A stretch of 64,000 nt of DNA from Candidatus Vicinibacter affinis (GTDB lineage: Bacteria; Bacteroidota; Bacteroidia; Chitinophagales; Saprospiraceae): positions 531,109 through 595,108 of the forward strand of contig JADJNH010000007.1 of the NCBI GenBank assembly GCA_016714365.1, read 5' to 3'. Made by a program: the position numbers and the translations under genes. The stretch's first letter is position 1. Each line of letters opens with the position of its first letter. This document shows positions 8,611-20,200 of this stretch, piece by piece. The notes beneath the pieces were generated by a model. That model was given only the letters and a program-made list of their open reading frames with translations. It was not told where the DNA came from and ran no database searches.

Positions 8611-9651
8611 TTGGACTTGCGTAGGGTCTCCGGATTGAGCAGAATAGCCTATCTTGCACAAAAATACCGCTTAGTGCTCCAGCTTTTCAGGAAAAATATG
8701 CTTTTCAATGTCCTCCTGATAATTCCATATGCGTTTATTCTACATCTGGGATCCTGGTTTCGGCCTCTTCCTTTGGTCAACGAACCAAAAAACTGGTTTT
8801 TCAATCTGGTTTTTAAAGATTACATTCAGGATCTTTCCTTTACTTTTATTGCTTCTGCGTTCTTAATAGCAATCCAGGCCATTCTGATCAATCGGATTGT
8901 AAATAAATTCAGAATGAACCAGGATGCCCAATTGTTTCCCGGTGTTATTTATATTTTGTTTTGCAGTTTCCACCAGGAGACTATCAATTTTGGACCTGTA
9001 TTAGTAGCCAATTTATTTTTCATACTCGCGCTTGGTTACATTCTGGATATATACGTTAAAAAAACAGTGCCGCTTCAATTATTTAATTTTGGATTGTTTA
9101 TTGGCCTGGCCAGTCTTTTTTACTTGCCTTATTATATTTATATTTTTCTGGGTGTTGTGGCCATCATACTTTTGAGGGGTATTTCTTTTAGAGAAGTTAT
9201 CCAAATTATTGCAGGATATTTTAACGTGCATTTTTTACTTTTTACTTTCTTATATTTTTTTGAAAGTGAACATTTATTTTTTCCCTTGGAAGGAGGTGGC
9301 TACTTTAAGCCATATATTTTTTCATTTCATTTTGGATCACGGGGTCTTTTCCATATGGGAATGGTGTTTCTGATGTTGTCGATTGTGTTGGCGCAGTATA
9401 ATTTTTTTCAAATCAGACGTTCCATCATCATTCAGAAGTATTATGATCTGATTTTTTGGACTTTGCTGATTTCATTTTTTTCGATGCTGTTTTTGGATGT
9501 AAGCAGCATCAGTCATCTTACTTTATTGATTACACCCATTTCTTTTCTGATAGGCTTATTGGTAACGAGGATTAAAAATCCTTTAATTTTAGAAACGCTT
9601 CACCTGATCTTTGTCTTTTCGGCCTTATTTTTGCAACTACAAAACTGGTAA
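8611..9651 (+). CDS. Polytopic membrane protein of unknown function
   Basis: The protein is highly hydrophobic and Phe/Leu/Ile-rich with many predicted TM segments. The track start is a TTG. The in-frame ATG at 8698 (MLFNVLLIIPYAF...) is a more plausible start. Confidence 0.6.
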   Translation: MDLRRVSGLSRIAYLAQKYRLVLQLFRKNMLFNVLLIIPYAFILHLGSWFRPLPLVNEPKNWFFNLVFKDYIQDLSFTFIASAFLIAIQAILINRIVNKFRMNQDAQLFPGVIYILFCSFHQETINFGPVLVANLFFILALGYILDIYVKKTVPLQLFNFGLFIGLASLFYLPYYIYIFLGVVAIILLRGISFREVIQIIAGYFNVHFLLFTFLYFFESEHLFFPLEGGGYFKPYIFSFHFGSRGLFHMGMVFLMLSIVLAQYNFFQIRRSIIIQKYYDLIFWTLLISFFSMLFLDVSSISHLTLLITPISFLIGLLVTRIKNPLILETLHLIFVFSALFLQLQNW

Positions 9652-9653
9652 TT

Positions 9654-10373
9654 ATGAAATTTGGTGTAATCACTTTTCCGGGTTCAAATTGTGATGATGA
9701 CATGTTGTATGTCCTTGGAGAAGTCTTTGGATATAAAGTTGTTCACATCTGGCACAAAGAAACTAAATTGGTCGGATTCAATCCGGGGGATTGCATTTTT
9801 ATCCCGGGAGGATTTTCCTTTGGCGATTATCTCCGATGTGGCGCGATTGCCAGATTCAGTCCAATTATGGAAGAAGTCATTCGCTTTGCAAATAATGGAG
9901 GTATGGTAATAGGAATTTGCAATGGGTTCCAAATATTATGTGAGGCCGGACTTTTACCCGGGCAATTACTGCTCAATGAAAATCAGCATTTTATTTGCAA
10001 AAATGTGTATCTAAAAGCCGCCACCAAGGAAAGTCCATTGACTTATGACCTGGATCTTAACCGGGTCTATAAAATTCCAATTGCCCATGCAGAGGGTCGA
10101 TATTATGCTGATGAAACTACCTTGGCCAATTTAAATCTGCACAACCAAATTCTTTTCCAATATTGCGATGAAGAGGGTCGTGTAACAGCAGCGTCCAACA
10201 TTAATGGTTCGTGCCTGAACATTGCGGGGATCTGTAACGAAACCCGAAATGTTTGCGGAATGATGCCACATCCTGAAAGAGCCTCCGAAGAAGCCTTGGG
10301 TAATACTGATGGAAAATATTTGTTTCAAAGCCTTTTCTCCTGGCTAAAAGAACATTACGCACTCATTGCATAA
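9654..10373 (+). CDS. purQ: Phosphoribosylformylglycinamidine synthase, glutaminase subunit PurQ
   Basis: 239 aa with MKFGVITFPGSNCDDD, GGFSFGDYLRCGAIA, the nucleophile block GICNGFQIL, HAEGRY and MMPHPER. Confidence 0.92.
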   Translation: MKFGVITFPGSNCDDDMLYVLGEVFGYKVVHIWHKETKLVGFNPGDCIFIPGGFSFGDYLRCGAIARFSPIMEEVIRFANNGGMVIGICNGFQILCEAGLLPGQLLLNENQHFICKNVYLKAATKESPLTYDLDLNRVYKIPIAHAEGRYYADETTLANLNLHNQILFQYCDEEGRVTAASNINGSCLNIAGICNETRNVCGMMPHPERASEEALGNTDGKYLFQSLFSWLKEHYALIA

Positions 10374-10453
10374 GCTGGTTAATTAACCGTTAAAAGCTTG
10401 ATCCACATTCTTCTTCCTTTCTGTTTTATCCTAAATTTGTAAAAACAAAATAT

Positions 10454-12961
10454 ATGAAGTTGTCTATTAGCTTGATGTTTCTTTTTGTTTCATGTCTTAT
10501 TTCCAGTGCTCAAATATTGGATCCTGTGCATTGGACGACTGAAACCAAAAAAGTCAGCGACAAAGAATACGAATTAATCTTTAAGGCTAAACTTGACAAA
10601 GGCTGGGCTATTTATAGCCAATCCTCAGATCCGGAAGCTGCATCTCCTACTGAAGTGAGTTTTACCAAAGCTTCCCATTTTGAAGTGATTGGAAAAACGG
10701 AAGAAGTAGGTAAAAAGAAGGAGGGGCCGGAGCCTTTATTCGAAAATAAAATCGTCAGCAAATATTACGACCATGTAGATTTTGTCCAGAAGATTAAAGT
10801 GAGTGACCTCTCCAAGCCAATCAGAGCATCTGTATATTACATGAGTTGTGACAGTGAGCAGTGTATCCCCCCTACTCCCAAAGATTTTGTATTTAACCTT
10901 GGAAGTTCGACTGCTTCCACAGATGTGGCCCTTGAAGTCAATAAACCCATCAGTATTAATATGAACGACCAGGCCGGTTCCAGTGAAATATTCGACCCGG
11001 TTAAAGTTCAGGCCAGAATTAAAAAAATATCGGAAACCAGTTATCAGGTAGAATTTGATGTTAAAATTGATCAGGACTGGTTCATTTATTCCAATAAAAT
11101 AGGAGACGATGGACCTATCCCAACATCAATTGACTGGGAGGCTGGGTCCTCTTATAAAATCAACGGGGAACTTTTGGAAACCAGTGAACATCAGATTAGA
11201 GGTTTTGATGAGATCTTTGAAATGGAGCTGATCAAATACAAAGACAAGGTAGTTTTTGCACAAAATATTGATATAACCGACCTCTCGATACCCATCAAAG
11301 GGATGTTCACGTATCAGACCTGCGATGCAAGTAAATGTCTGCCGCCAAAAAGTCTGGGTTTCGAAATAGACCCTAAAAATGTAAAAATAATGCTGGAGGG
11401 TGCAGGGACCTCTACCGGCGCAATCATCGATGGCAATAATATTGATCAGACCATTCCAACTATTGCAAGCACTTTAGCTAATCCAGCCGGTAATTGCGGT
11501 GAAGAGAGAGTCAGGGGTACTAATTACTTGTGGACTCTTCTATTTGGTTTTCTGGGAGGATTGCTTGCATTGCTTACACCCTGTGTGTTTCCAATGATAC
11601 CGTTGACCGTTTCCTTCTTTACTAAAGGGAGTAAGGACCGTAAATCTGGTGTTAAAAATGGGTTGATTTATGGCCTTAGCATTATTGTAATTTATGTCGC
11701 CATTGGTCTGTTAATTACCGCAGCATTTGGTGCTACAGCTTTAAATGAATTGTCTACCAATTGGGTGGCAAACGTTTTGTTTTTTATCATTTTCGTAATT
11801 TTTGCATTTTCATTTTTTGGGTATTTTGAAATCACACTTCCCAGCAGTTGGTCAAACAAAACCGACTCTATGGCTGACAAGGGTGGTTTGATTGGAACCT
11901 TTTTTATGGCTTTCACACTTGCTATTGTTTCATTCTCCTGTACCGGTCCAATCATCGGCTCCGCCATTGTGGAATCAGCCAAAGACCCTGTAGGACCAGC
12001 CATCGTGATGTTTGGTTTTTCTCTTGCATTGGCTTTACCTTTTGGCTTATTTGCGGCTTTTCCTGCCTGGCTGAACAGCCTTCCCAAGTCCGGGTCGTGG
12101 ATGTCCAGTGTCAAAGTTGTTCTTGGTTTTCTTGAATTGGCGCTGGCATTAAAGTTTTTATCTGTAGCCGACATGACCAAGCATTGGGGTATATTAGGAT
12201 ATGAGATTTTTATGGGTTTGTGGGTATTGATATTTGCCCTGATGACCATTTATCTTTTTGGGTTTATAAAATTCCCCCATGACAGTCCAGTCAAAAAACT
12301 GGGGCCAGTACGTTGGATTTTTGCCCTTGGCGCTTTATTTCTGACCTTTTACCTTGGTAGTGGTTTCAGATATGTTCCTGAGTATGGATCATACCATTCC
12401 TTGTCCATCATGAGCGGTCTGGCACCACCTTCAACTTACAATTATTTTTTACCTGACCCCGTAATCAACTCCGATATCAAATCGAAATATCCGTCCTTCA
12501 CTAAGTGCGCCAACAACATAGATTGTTTTAAAGATTACCATGAGGGTCTTGCCTATGCGAAGGAAACCGGCAAGCCGTTATTCGTAGATTTTACAGGTTA
12601 TGGTTGTGTGAATTGTCGTAAGACAGAAGAACATATTTGGGTCAATGATAAGATTCGAAAGAAGTTGAACGAGGATTTTGTGTTGGTGTCTTTATATGTA
12701 GATGACAGAGCCCCTCTTGATTCTCAATTGGTTTCATCAGTTACCAAAAGTCCGATTCGCAATGTCGGTAACAAGTGGGCAGATTTTCAGATTGTAAACT
12801 TTAATCAGAATTCTCAACCACTCTATGTGATGATGAGTCCGGATGAAAAAGTTTTGGCTAAGCCGAGAGGTTACAGAGAGGGCGTAGAATCTTATAATCA
12901 ATTTCTAGACTGCGGACTTGAAGCTTATAGAAATGAGTCTAGTAAAGTGGGGGCCCATTAG
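10454..12961 (+). CDS. dsbD: DsbD-family thiol:disulfide reductase. It has two N-terminal DsbD-alpha-like domains, a CcdA-like membrane core and a C-terminal thioredoxin-like domain.
   Basis: 835 aa with a signal peptide. There are two paralogous N-terminal modules, each ending in CxxxxC (YMSCDSEQCIPP and YQTCDASKCLPP). The membrane core has LTPCVFPMIPL and SFSCTGPIIG. The C-terminus has FTGYGCVNCRKTEE (CxxC). Confidence 0.85.
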   Translation: MKLSISLMFLFVSCLISSAQILDPVHWTTETKKVSDKEYELIFKAKLDKGWAIYSQSSDPEAASPTEVSFTKASHFEVIGKTEEVGKKKEGPEPLFENKIVSKYYDHVDFVQKIKVSDLSKPIRASVYYMSCDSEQCIPPTPKDFVFNLGSSTASTDVALEVNKPISINMNDQAGSSEIFDPVKVQARIKKISETSYQVEFDVKIDQDWFIYSNKIGDDGPIPTSIDWEAGSSYKINGELLETSEHQIRGFDEIFEMELIKYKDKVVFAQNIDITDLSIPIKGMFTYQTCDASKCLPPKSLGFEIDPKNVKIMLEGAGTSTGAIIDGNNIDQTIPTIASTLANPAGNCGEERVRGTNYLWTLLFGFLGGLLALLTPCVFPMIPLTVSFFTKGSKDRKSGVKNGLIYGLSIIVIYVAIGLLITAAFGATALNELSTNWVANVLFFIIFVIFAFSFFGYFEITLPSSWSNKTDSMADKGGLIGTFFMAFTLAIVSFSCTGPIIGSAIVESAKDPVGPAIVMFGFSLALALPFGLFAAFPAWLNSLPKSGSWMSSVKVVLGFLELALALKFLSVADMTKHWGILGYEIFMGLWVLIFALMTIYLFGFIKFPHDSPVKKLGPVRWIFALGALFLTFYLGSGFRYVPEYGSYHSLSIMSGLAPPSTYNYFLPDPVINSDIKSKYPSFTKCANNIDCFKDYHEGLAYAKETGKPLFVDFTGYGCVNCRKTEEHIWVNDKIRKKLNEDFVLVSLYVDDRAPLDSQLVSSVTKSPIRNVGNKWADFQIVNFNQNSQPLYVMMSPDEKVLAKPRGYREGVESYNQFLDCGLEAYRNESSKVGAH

Positions 12962-13887
12962 ACATATTCTGGTCTAAAATTAGATGTTCAAATTTTCCAA
13001 CTTCCAAGGTAATATTAGCTAAAATTCGAATGCCCTGTTTCAAAGTAGCGTAGGATTGATGTCAAATCTATTGAACCCAAATGATCTGAAGCAATGATGT
13101 GTTTGGGGGTTTAGATTAAACTGTCTTTGAATGACACAAATTGAAAACAATTATTTGTTTCGAACATGCAAGAAATGATAGATTAAATATTCAAACCATT
13201 CTATGCATTAGAATTTCTATTCCAAGTCAAAACACTTCCAAATATCTAAAATACCGCTTTCGCACTTACCTCCTGGACGAGCACCAAAAGTCGCACATTT
13301 TCCGCCAGTGGGTAAAGAACTCCTTCCCTTGAATCAATTAGGTGCTTGACTCTTCCAAAAGCCGGATTTCGATTCGTCACCCACATCTAAGGAACCACTA
13401 TGGTTGGTAAATACTAACTCTCAAACTTTCGCATCTCGCCTGATGACTCCATCGGGCTGGCCTGTCTTTTACATGTAGTTAAACAGACCTACAAGCTGGA
13501 AGCAGTTAGTCAGGGTAGCGCTAAAAGTCGCCGCGTTTGTTATTGGTCGGACAAATCAATCACTTAAGGAAAAGTCGCTCACTGCTTTGTTGATGATCAC
13601 AGAGGGTTCATTTATTGGAACGCTTGTTCCTTTAGGTTCTTTCTCTTTTATCTCATAGCCTTAAAGCATTAATTGTGTTAAACGTTGTGTACTTTGATTT
13701 CTTCAAACCCAAATCAAACAATAGTCTTCTCAGATTTCAACTTACTGTTTGCTGGGTCAAGTCAAAAATTTGGGGAGAAACCAGTTTTGCGAACCCCGTT
13801 ATTCACTAAAGTTGTCCTAAATTCCATCCTATTATCATTGTTCTTTTTTGTCTTGACACAAAAAAGAACCAAAAAAAATCAAGGCTG

Positions 13888-14062
13888 TTTTCATTTCTTA
13901 ACGCTAAAACTGTTTTAAAAAGCTAAACAAAATAAACTCGCATTAAGCAGCAATAATAGCTCTTGGCCTTACTGTCATATATTTATCAGATTATCTGCAT
14001 GCGAGCTCAAACAGTATTTTGTTCTTAACGCTTTTTAAATCAGTTTTAGCTAAAATGAAAAA
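13888..14062. repeat. Long imperfect palindrome of about 175 bp (MITE-like or large hairpin)
   Basis: gctaaaactgttttaaaaagc (13903-13923) matches the reverse complement of gctttttaaatcagttttagc (14030-14050) at 20 of 21 positions. Pairing extends outward (tttcattt) and inward (aacaaaata, ctcgcat/atgcgag) with indels. Confidence 0.55.
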
Positions 14063-14193
14063 GGCCGATCTGAATTTCTCATTCGAAAATTATATGAGGT
14101 ATCGGAATCTATTTAATTCTGCTATTAAAGATGTTTCATTTATACTTAATCCCTATAAAATTTACCTGACTCTGTTTGTTCCAGTTATCCGGA

Positions 14194-14237
14194 ACAAAAA
14201 AAATACCCCCGAACAATTAAGTCCGGGGGTATTTTTA
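14194..14237 (-). terminator. Rho-independent terminator of giant gene 1 (potentially bidirectional)
   Basis: A perfect 9-bp stem atacccccg (14203-14211) / cgggggtat (14224-14232) has a 12-nt loop and is flanked by A8 and T5 runs. It lies about 20 nt after the stop at 14256. Confidence 0.8.
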
Positions 14238-14255
14238 GGTTAATCTGATATTGGA

Positions 14256-17200
14256 TTATCTCGTTAAAATCATTCGCTTTGTCGCAGTATGGTCATCAGC
14301 ATCCAACTGATAATAAAGAATACCATCTGCATTCAAATCATCGCGTTTAAGCTGAATTGTATTGAGGCCTTTTTGTCCTTTGAGTTCGTATACTCTTAAT
14401 ACTTTTCCTGAAAGGTCATAAATGGTCATTTTAACTGCTCCTGCTTTAGGCAATCTGTAATTTACCACAGTCTGCTTATTAAAAGGATTTGGTTCATTCT
14501 GATACAATTCAAATACTCCGGTTTCTTCAAATCCTTTCGCTGTGCGAGTTCCGAGTTTGATACTCAACTCTTGTCCCTGAGCATTGTATGCCTCAGAACG
14601 AGTTATGTCGCTGGTTATTCCCAGTTTCTGAGCCAACTTACCTGAACCTAAAGCTCTGAATGTTAAAGTAAACAGAATTTGGTCAGGCGCGATGGTTTCA
14701 CCTTTCGAAGAATTCCAACTTGTAGTCAAATATCCATTAGCCAATGCCATGGTACCAAAGTTGGCATCGGAAACTCCTACTGCACCATTTTCAATTCCTT
14801 CAAAATTCAAACTCTTCTCATCAAATTTCAGTGTAAACTGATATCCGGTGATCTGATTGAAATCAGAAGAGCGGAAATGAACTTTTACCAACTCTCCAGG
14901 TATAAGGTCCTCCTGATCAATTTCCAAAGAAAGATCTCCATTGGATCTGTTGTTGATAACCTGAAGATTATTAGCCTGGGCATTGCCATTAACATCACCC
15001 ATTTTCACTCCGATAAAGTCAACTATTCTGTTGGAATCAAGATAAACTGCAGCCTTTCTTGGTGCACCATATGGATTCATTGGATCTGCGAACACATGTT
15101 CAGAAGGAATGAATGTCCAGGATCTAACTTTTGCAAATTCGCTGTTGATACCCAAAATCAATTTACGTATTTCAGCTAGGTCGGCAGCAGTTATGCTTCC
15201 ACTGTTATTTACATCCGCAGCAATCATTTTGTATGGAGAATTCAAGGCAGCCTGACCCAAAATATGCTTCTGAATCAATACCACGTCTTGAGTAGAAACT
15301 CCATTTTTGTGATCGTCATTGCGATCCGGATCCACTGTATAGTTGACACCCATCTCAAGATCTCCAAACAAATAAGGATTTCCAAGTCTCTGAATCAAGA
15401 GGTTTGTGCCTTTAAACAAACTCACATTCACCGGAACAACGATATCACCCTTCTCAGTCTTAAGCTCACCTGAAATTCTGGCTTTGTTGTTAAAGTTGTC
15501 CGGACAAATGTTTTGGTTGTCCTGAACGATAACAGTTGTTTTGCAGTAATCTTTATTTCCTTCTTCGTCCTCTACCCACATTTCCACTTCAAGTTTCAAT
15601 TCATCGTTTGCCTTTGCATTCACAAAATCATCACAACAAACTGTTATAGAAGCTTTGGTAGGATCAGCATCAAAATAGAATTTCAATTTGTCTTTAGAGG
15701 TACAATTATCGTAACTGCCCAAATCCAGATCCTTTGCCCAGATGTCTACGCAACCGGAAGAAGGCATTGGCACAGTAATGATACCTGTATGACAATAAGG
15801 AGTTGGTGCTTTGCAATCTTTAACTTCAAACAAGGTCTCGCACGCCCCTACGTTTCCGCAGCCATCTTCTACAAACCAGCTGATTCTGTGAATACCAATA
15901 GGATAGGTTCCACTTGCATCAAATGGATTCTTAGGATCGTCTGCGAATGGATTGTGGCTGAATTCCACAGTATCTCCCTGAGCATATTGCTTTTTGGTAA
16001 GACTTCCTACTCTGAAATCCCAGCCACCATGAACTCCAACTTTGTCATTGTATGCATCGATTTTGTACTCGTAGAACAACCAGTCCTCAGGAGTACATTT
16101 ATCGGTTGCGGATGATGTAAGACTGATGTGTCCAACACAAACACCCAATTTTGCATTTATAGTTGCCGGCTCACATGGTCCAACATTACAAGTTACAACC
16201 GGTTTGTCCTGATCTCTTACTTTAATGATCTGAACTCGTTCCCATCTTCCTTTTGTAGGATCGATGAATGGATCATATTGACACCAATCAATCACTACCC
16301 ACTTTCTAAGAACTTTGAAACAAGCATCCGGCTCGATAGTAAAGATCTCGTCAAAATGTTCGATGGAGATCAAAGCACAATTGTCGTCCGCATTATTGAT
16401 AATAGTAGGCTTGCCTAATTGAGGATTGTCAGGACTGATGTCAGCACCGCAACCGTCAATTGTGACAGGGGTCTGGGTACACACTCCATTTGGCCACAAC
16501 AAGTCTGTAAAACGAGGGTCATTACAAGTTACATCATCCACATAGAAAGGATCACAGTCTACTACCCAGATGGTCTGGATTGAGGTGATGTTCAAGTTGT
16601 TTGGTCCCTGTGCAGAAATAATCCTTTGGATCACTCCTTGTCCACATTCACGGAGGTCATTTACTGTAATTGTATAATTAGCTCCGCAATTGCTCAGTAC
16701 ATAACCATCAAAGCCCCATTGCAATTCATACTTACGATCCCAATGTGCTGTGTCAAAATATTTGTAATAATACTCACAAGCCTGATTAGGTGCAGGTTTA
16801 GGAACTGTGTTGGTAGCTACATATCCAGGATAACCTGTAATGTCATTCCTTTCACAGAATTTAGCACAAACCAAATCCTGGGTTATCACTTTCTTTCTAT
16901 CACTCAAGTCACTAACTACACGACCAAAAGTTGGATCATTCGGGTCAGTGATCTTGTTGATGTCAAACCAGAACCAACAGCTTACTACAATATTTGGTGG
17001 AGCAACTACAGTTGGTGGATTTTTACTCTGAACTTCCACTTCCACCATACAATCATTGAATCTACCATACAATGGACTCGTTCTGTTGTTCATTCTGTTA
17101 GGCGCAACAGGACCAGCTCCAGGATCTACATCAAATACCCTTAAAACTACCATAACACTTTGTGCAGTATTGGTGCAACAGAATGAAGTGGCATCGTCAA

Positions 17201-20200
17201 AGTAAACCTGGTTTCCGGTAAGTGCAGAATTATCATCCCCGTTAAGTCCACTACAAGCTACTGTATTGTTGGCGTTGCTACCATTGTTGGTACCCAACAA
17301 TTCAGCCATTTGAATGACTTTGTAGTAGATGTGGTCTTTACAGTTGTCGAATGAACCTTCGTCGAATGATTCAGCATAAACTGTGGCAATGTTTTGACCA
17401 GGAGATTGATTTCCGGTGATGGATACAACCGTTTTGGTACGGCAAACCGGTACCGGAGGAGTTCCATCAAATACATTCACCATCATTTTCTTAATGGTTT
17501 TGTTACCACAATTGTCTGAAGCAATTAACTCAGCAGCATGGAGACCTTCAGGAAGATTGTATATAATCCATTGGCCATTTGGCAACTGAACAGGATTACC
17601 TACTTTCATTTTAATCACGTAGTTGATGCTGTCTGAACAATCATCTTTGAGCCATGGACTTGCCACATCCCAAATTGCTTTGCAATCAAAAGCACCTGTT
17701 GAAAGCGAGATAGTATCCGGATATGCAATCTCTGGACCTTTTTTATCCAATACCTGAATAACCTGGATGTATTCTATCGGATTTACTCCGGCTATGACAG
17801 GTAAACACATATTCCTAACCTTCCAGTAACGGAGGATTTCGTAACTGTTTTCGCAGATGTCGTAAACTTCATCATCATACCTGATGGACAAAGCACATCG
17901 GCCTCTCTTATACAAGTCAATGTCATCTATAGTAGGCACTCCAGTTCCGATCCATCTTACCACCTCATCAGGACCCCAGCAGAAATTCTGCTGAGTATTC
18001 CAGTTTGGATGTGGCTGGTAGTAAACTGGATAAGGATTTGGATGTCCGGCAAATTTTCCGGAAGTAATATCATTCCATCCTAAAGCTCTTGGTAAACGCT
18101 CACCGGATAGATCTCCACCGGCAATTGTTCCACCTGTCGCTTTCCAATGAGCTGAGTCAAGCAAATATCCATCTACGCATTCAGGATAAGCCACAAAGTG
18201 ACCTGAAACATCCTTGTCATTAATTCGCTGAGAACACTCTAAATGAGGTAGATCAAGATCATCATAGCTTCTAGGCCATCTGATCTTTGTAAGATCCATT
18301 CTTTCAATAGATATTATTTGTGCACAAGAATCTCTGTTTCCATAAGCATCCTCTACAAACCACCAACGGTTCACAACAGCTACATACGGCACAGCACATT
18401 CTCCTAATTCTGCAACTTCATCAAAGTATGTGATTACAGCTGTAGGTTCACAATTAGTAACTACCGCACGACCCAAATCATTTGGATCCAGAGTAGAAAT
18501 ACAACTTACGACAGTATCCCGAGGACAAGACAATTTTGGTTTTTGTTTGTCTTCAATACAAACTCTACCCCAACAAGAATTACCTGTACGCGGGTCTCTG
18601 ATGGTTACCTTGAAACACTTACCCACATCGTTGTAGGTGAAGGTGCTTGCATGAGGTACTCCTCTGTCATCGGTTACGATGATTTCATAATCATTATAGC
18701 ACCAATGGTTTCCACCTTCAAGGATCATGTCCGGTGTAAGAACTGCGGTGCAGGATGCATCTAAGGAAAGATTGATCAGATCATTACATGCCAGCTCTCC
18801 TGAACTAGGTACATAAGGTTCTACAGTCAAGGTGAAGCAAGAGGAGTCTCTGTTTCCGCTCTTGTCTATTCCGTAAATGCAAACCCTGTTTTTACCAACC
18901 GGGAAGAAAGTTCCACTAGGAGGTATTGAATACACAGTATCCAGCCCACATGAGTCTTCTACATTTGGCGTGAAGTAGTAGAATTTACCACATTCACCCG
19001 GTTCTGCTCTGATGACAAGATCTTTCATTGCAGTGATTACCGGACCGTTGATATCCTTAACATTCACTGTAAACATGCACATTCCCTGATTGCCTGAAAG
19101 ATCCCGGAGTGTATAAGTTATCTTGGTTGTTCCGATTGGAAGAACTAAAGAATCACAAGCTCCCGGAGTTACATTTTTGGTAATCGGACCAAGTACGGTA
19201 GTTACAACCCCAGTTCTGGCAGTTGTACAAGTAGTAACATATTCCATTACCATTGTACCTCCCTGACAATTGTCATTGATTTGTGGATGGAACCACAAGA
19301 ATTTCTTACGGCACTGTCTGAAATCAGCAGTAATGGTGGTATCCCTGAGATTAGAAGGCCCTTTACAAAGAACTTGTAATCTCCAGTTGGTAAGTACATT
19401 GGATATTGCAGAATTGAAACAGCTGTTGTCCTCAATCTCCAATCTCCAGGTACCTTGACCCTGCTCACCGTAAAACTTGTTAAAGCTTTCCTGAGGAATA
19501 TAGAATCCACCATTGCCAAAATTAGGCACGCAGGCTGCTCCATTAATACTTCCCAACGTTCCGCCCTTATTGTCAAGGGCTCCGAAGTTCAAATTAAATG
19601 CAGTAGAAGAATTACAAACATTCTCCCAAAGTTTAACACGTGTTCCTCTTGGGCTTATCAAAGTAACCTCCCAATCACCTAAGTCCTGGCTGGAAGTTCC
19701 TGTCATGTTGAGAATTCTTACCCCACCTATGATGCAATTGTTAGCAATGTTTACAGTTGATGCAAAACACTGGCCTTGAGTAAATGCTACATTGAGGTTA
19801 GTTGGAATTCCACTGCTAAGTGAGTCAAGTCTTCCACAAATCGGAGCTTGTTTGTCAAGTATGGTAATTGGCACCTTGCAGCAAACCGGAGGATGAACGA
19901 TAGACTGCATGGATACTGTATCCAGATTAGCAGTAGAGAACAAGTTTCCAGGATTCCAGCTTCCGATAGAAGCAGCATTACAAGACTCCGCTAATTCCCA
20001 ATCGGAACTTCTATTGTTATCAATATGATCTTTTCTGTAGTAGGATCCACGGCAGAAATGTGGATTTGTAGCACCGGCCCAATCTGCAGCAAGTACTACA
20101 GCACTGGTACCTCGTCCAACAGGATTAAATCCATTGGTAGCCACCACATCGATCACGCGATCAACCAATCTTAAGATGTAAGCGCGCTGATCGTTGATGC

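Noticed and set aside
10375-10386. Perfect 12-bp palindrome ggttaattaacc right after the purQ stop
   Set aside because: It is too short and AT-rich to call a terminator or operator, no T-tract follows, and such a palindrome is likely to arise by chance in AT-rich DNA.
12958-12990. Weak hairpin ttagac-atattctg-gtctaa after the dsbD stop as a terminator
   Set aside because: The stem is only 6 bp and AT-rich, and no U-tract follows. This is not enough to call an intrinsic terminator.
13141-14243. ORFs 13141-13332, 13685-13918 and 14019-14243 in the gap region
   Set aside because: They are short, AT-rich and low-complexity, with no motifs or plausible translation-start context. One of them spans the right arm of the palindromic element at 13888-14062.
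15513-16115. Long plus-strand ORFs inside the giant genes, for example 15513-16115 (200 aa), 16626-17144, 20991-21584, 23190-23729, 38725-39372 (215 aa) and 40277-40615
   Set aside because: All are antisense to the uninterrupted 19-kb ORFs. Their translations are low-complexity (Cys/Ile/Ser/Arg-rich) and carry no recognisable motifs. Such shadow ORFs are expected opposite long repetitive Thr/Gly/Val/Asn-rich coding sequence.
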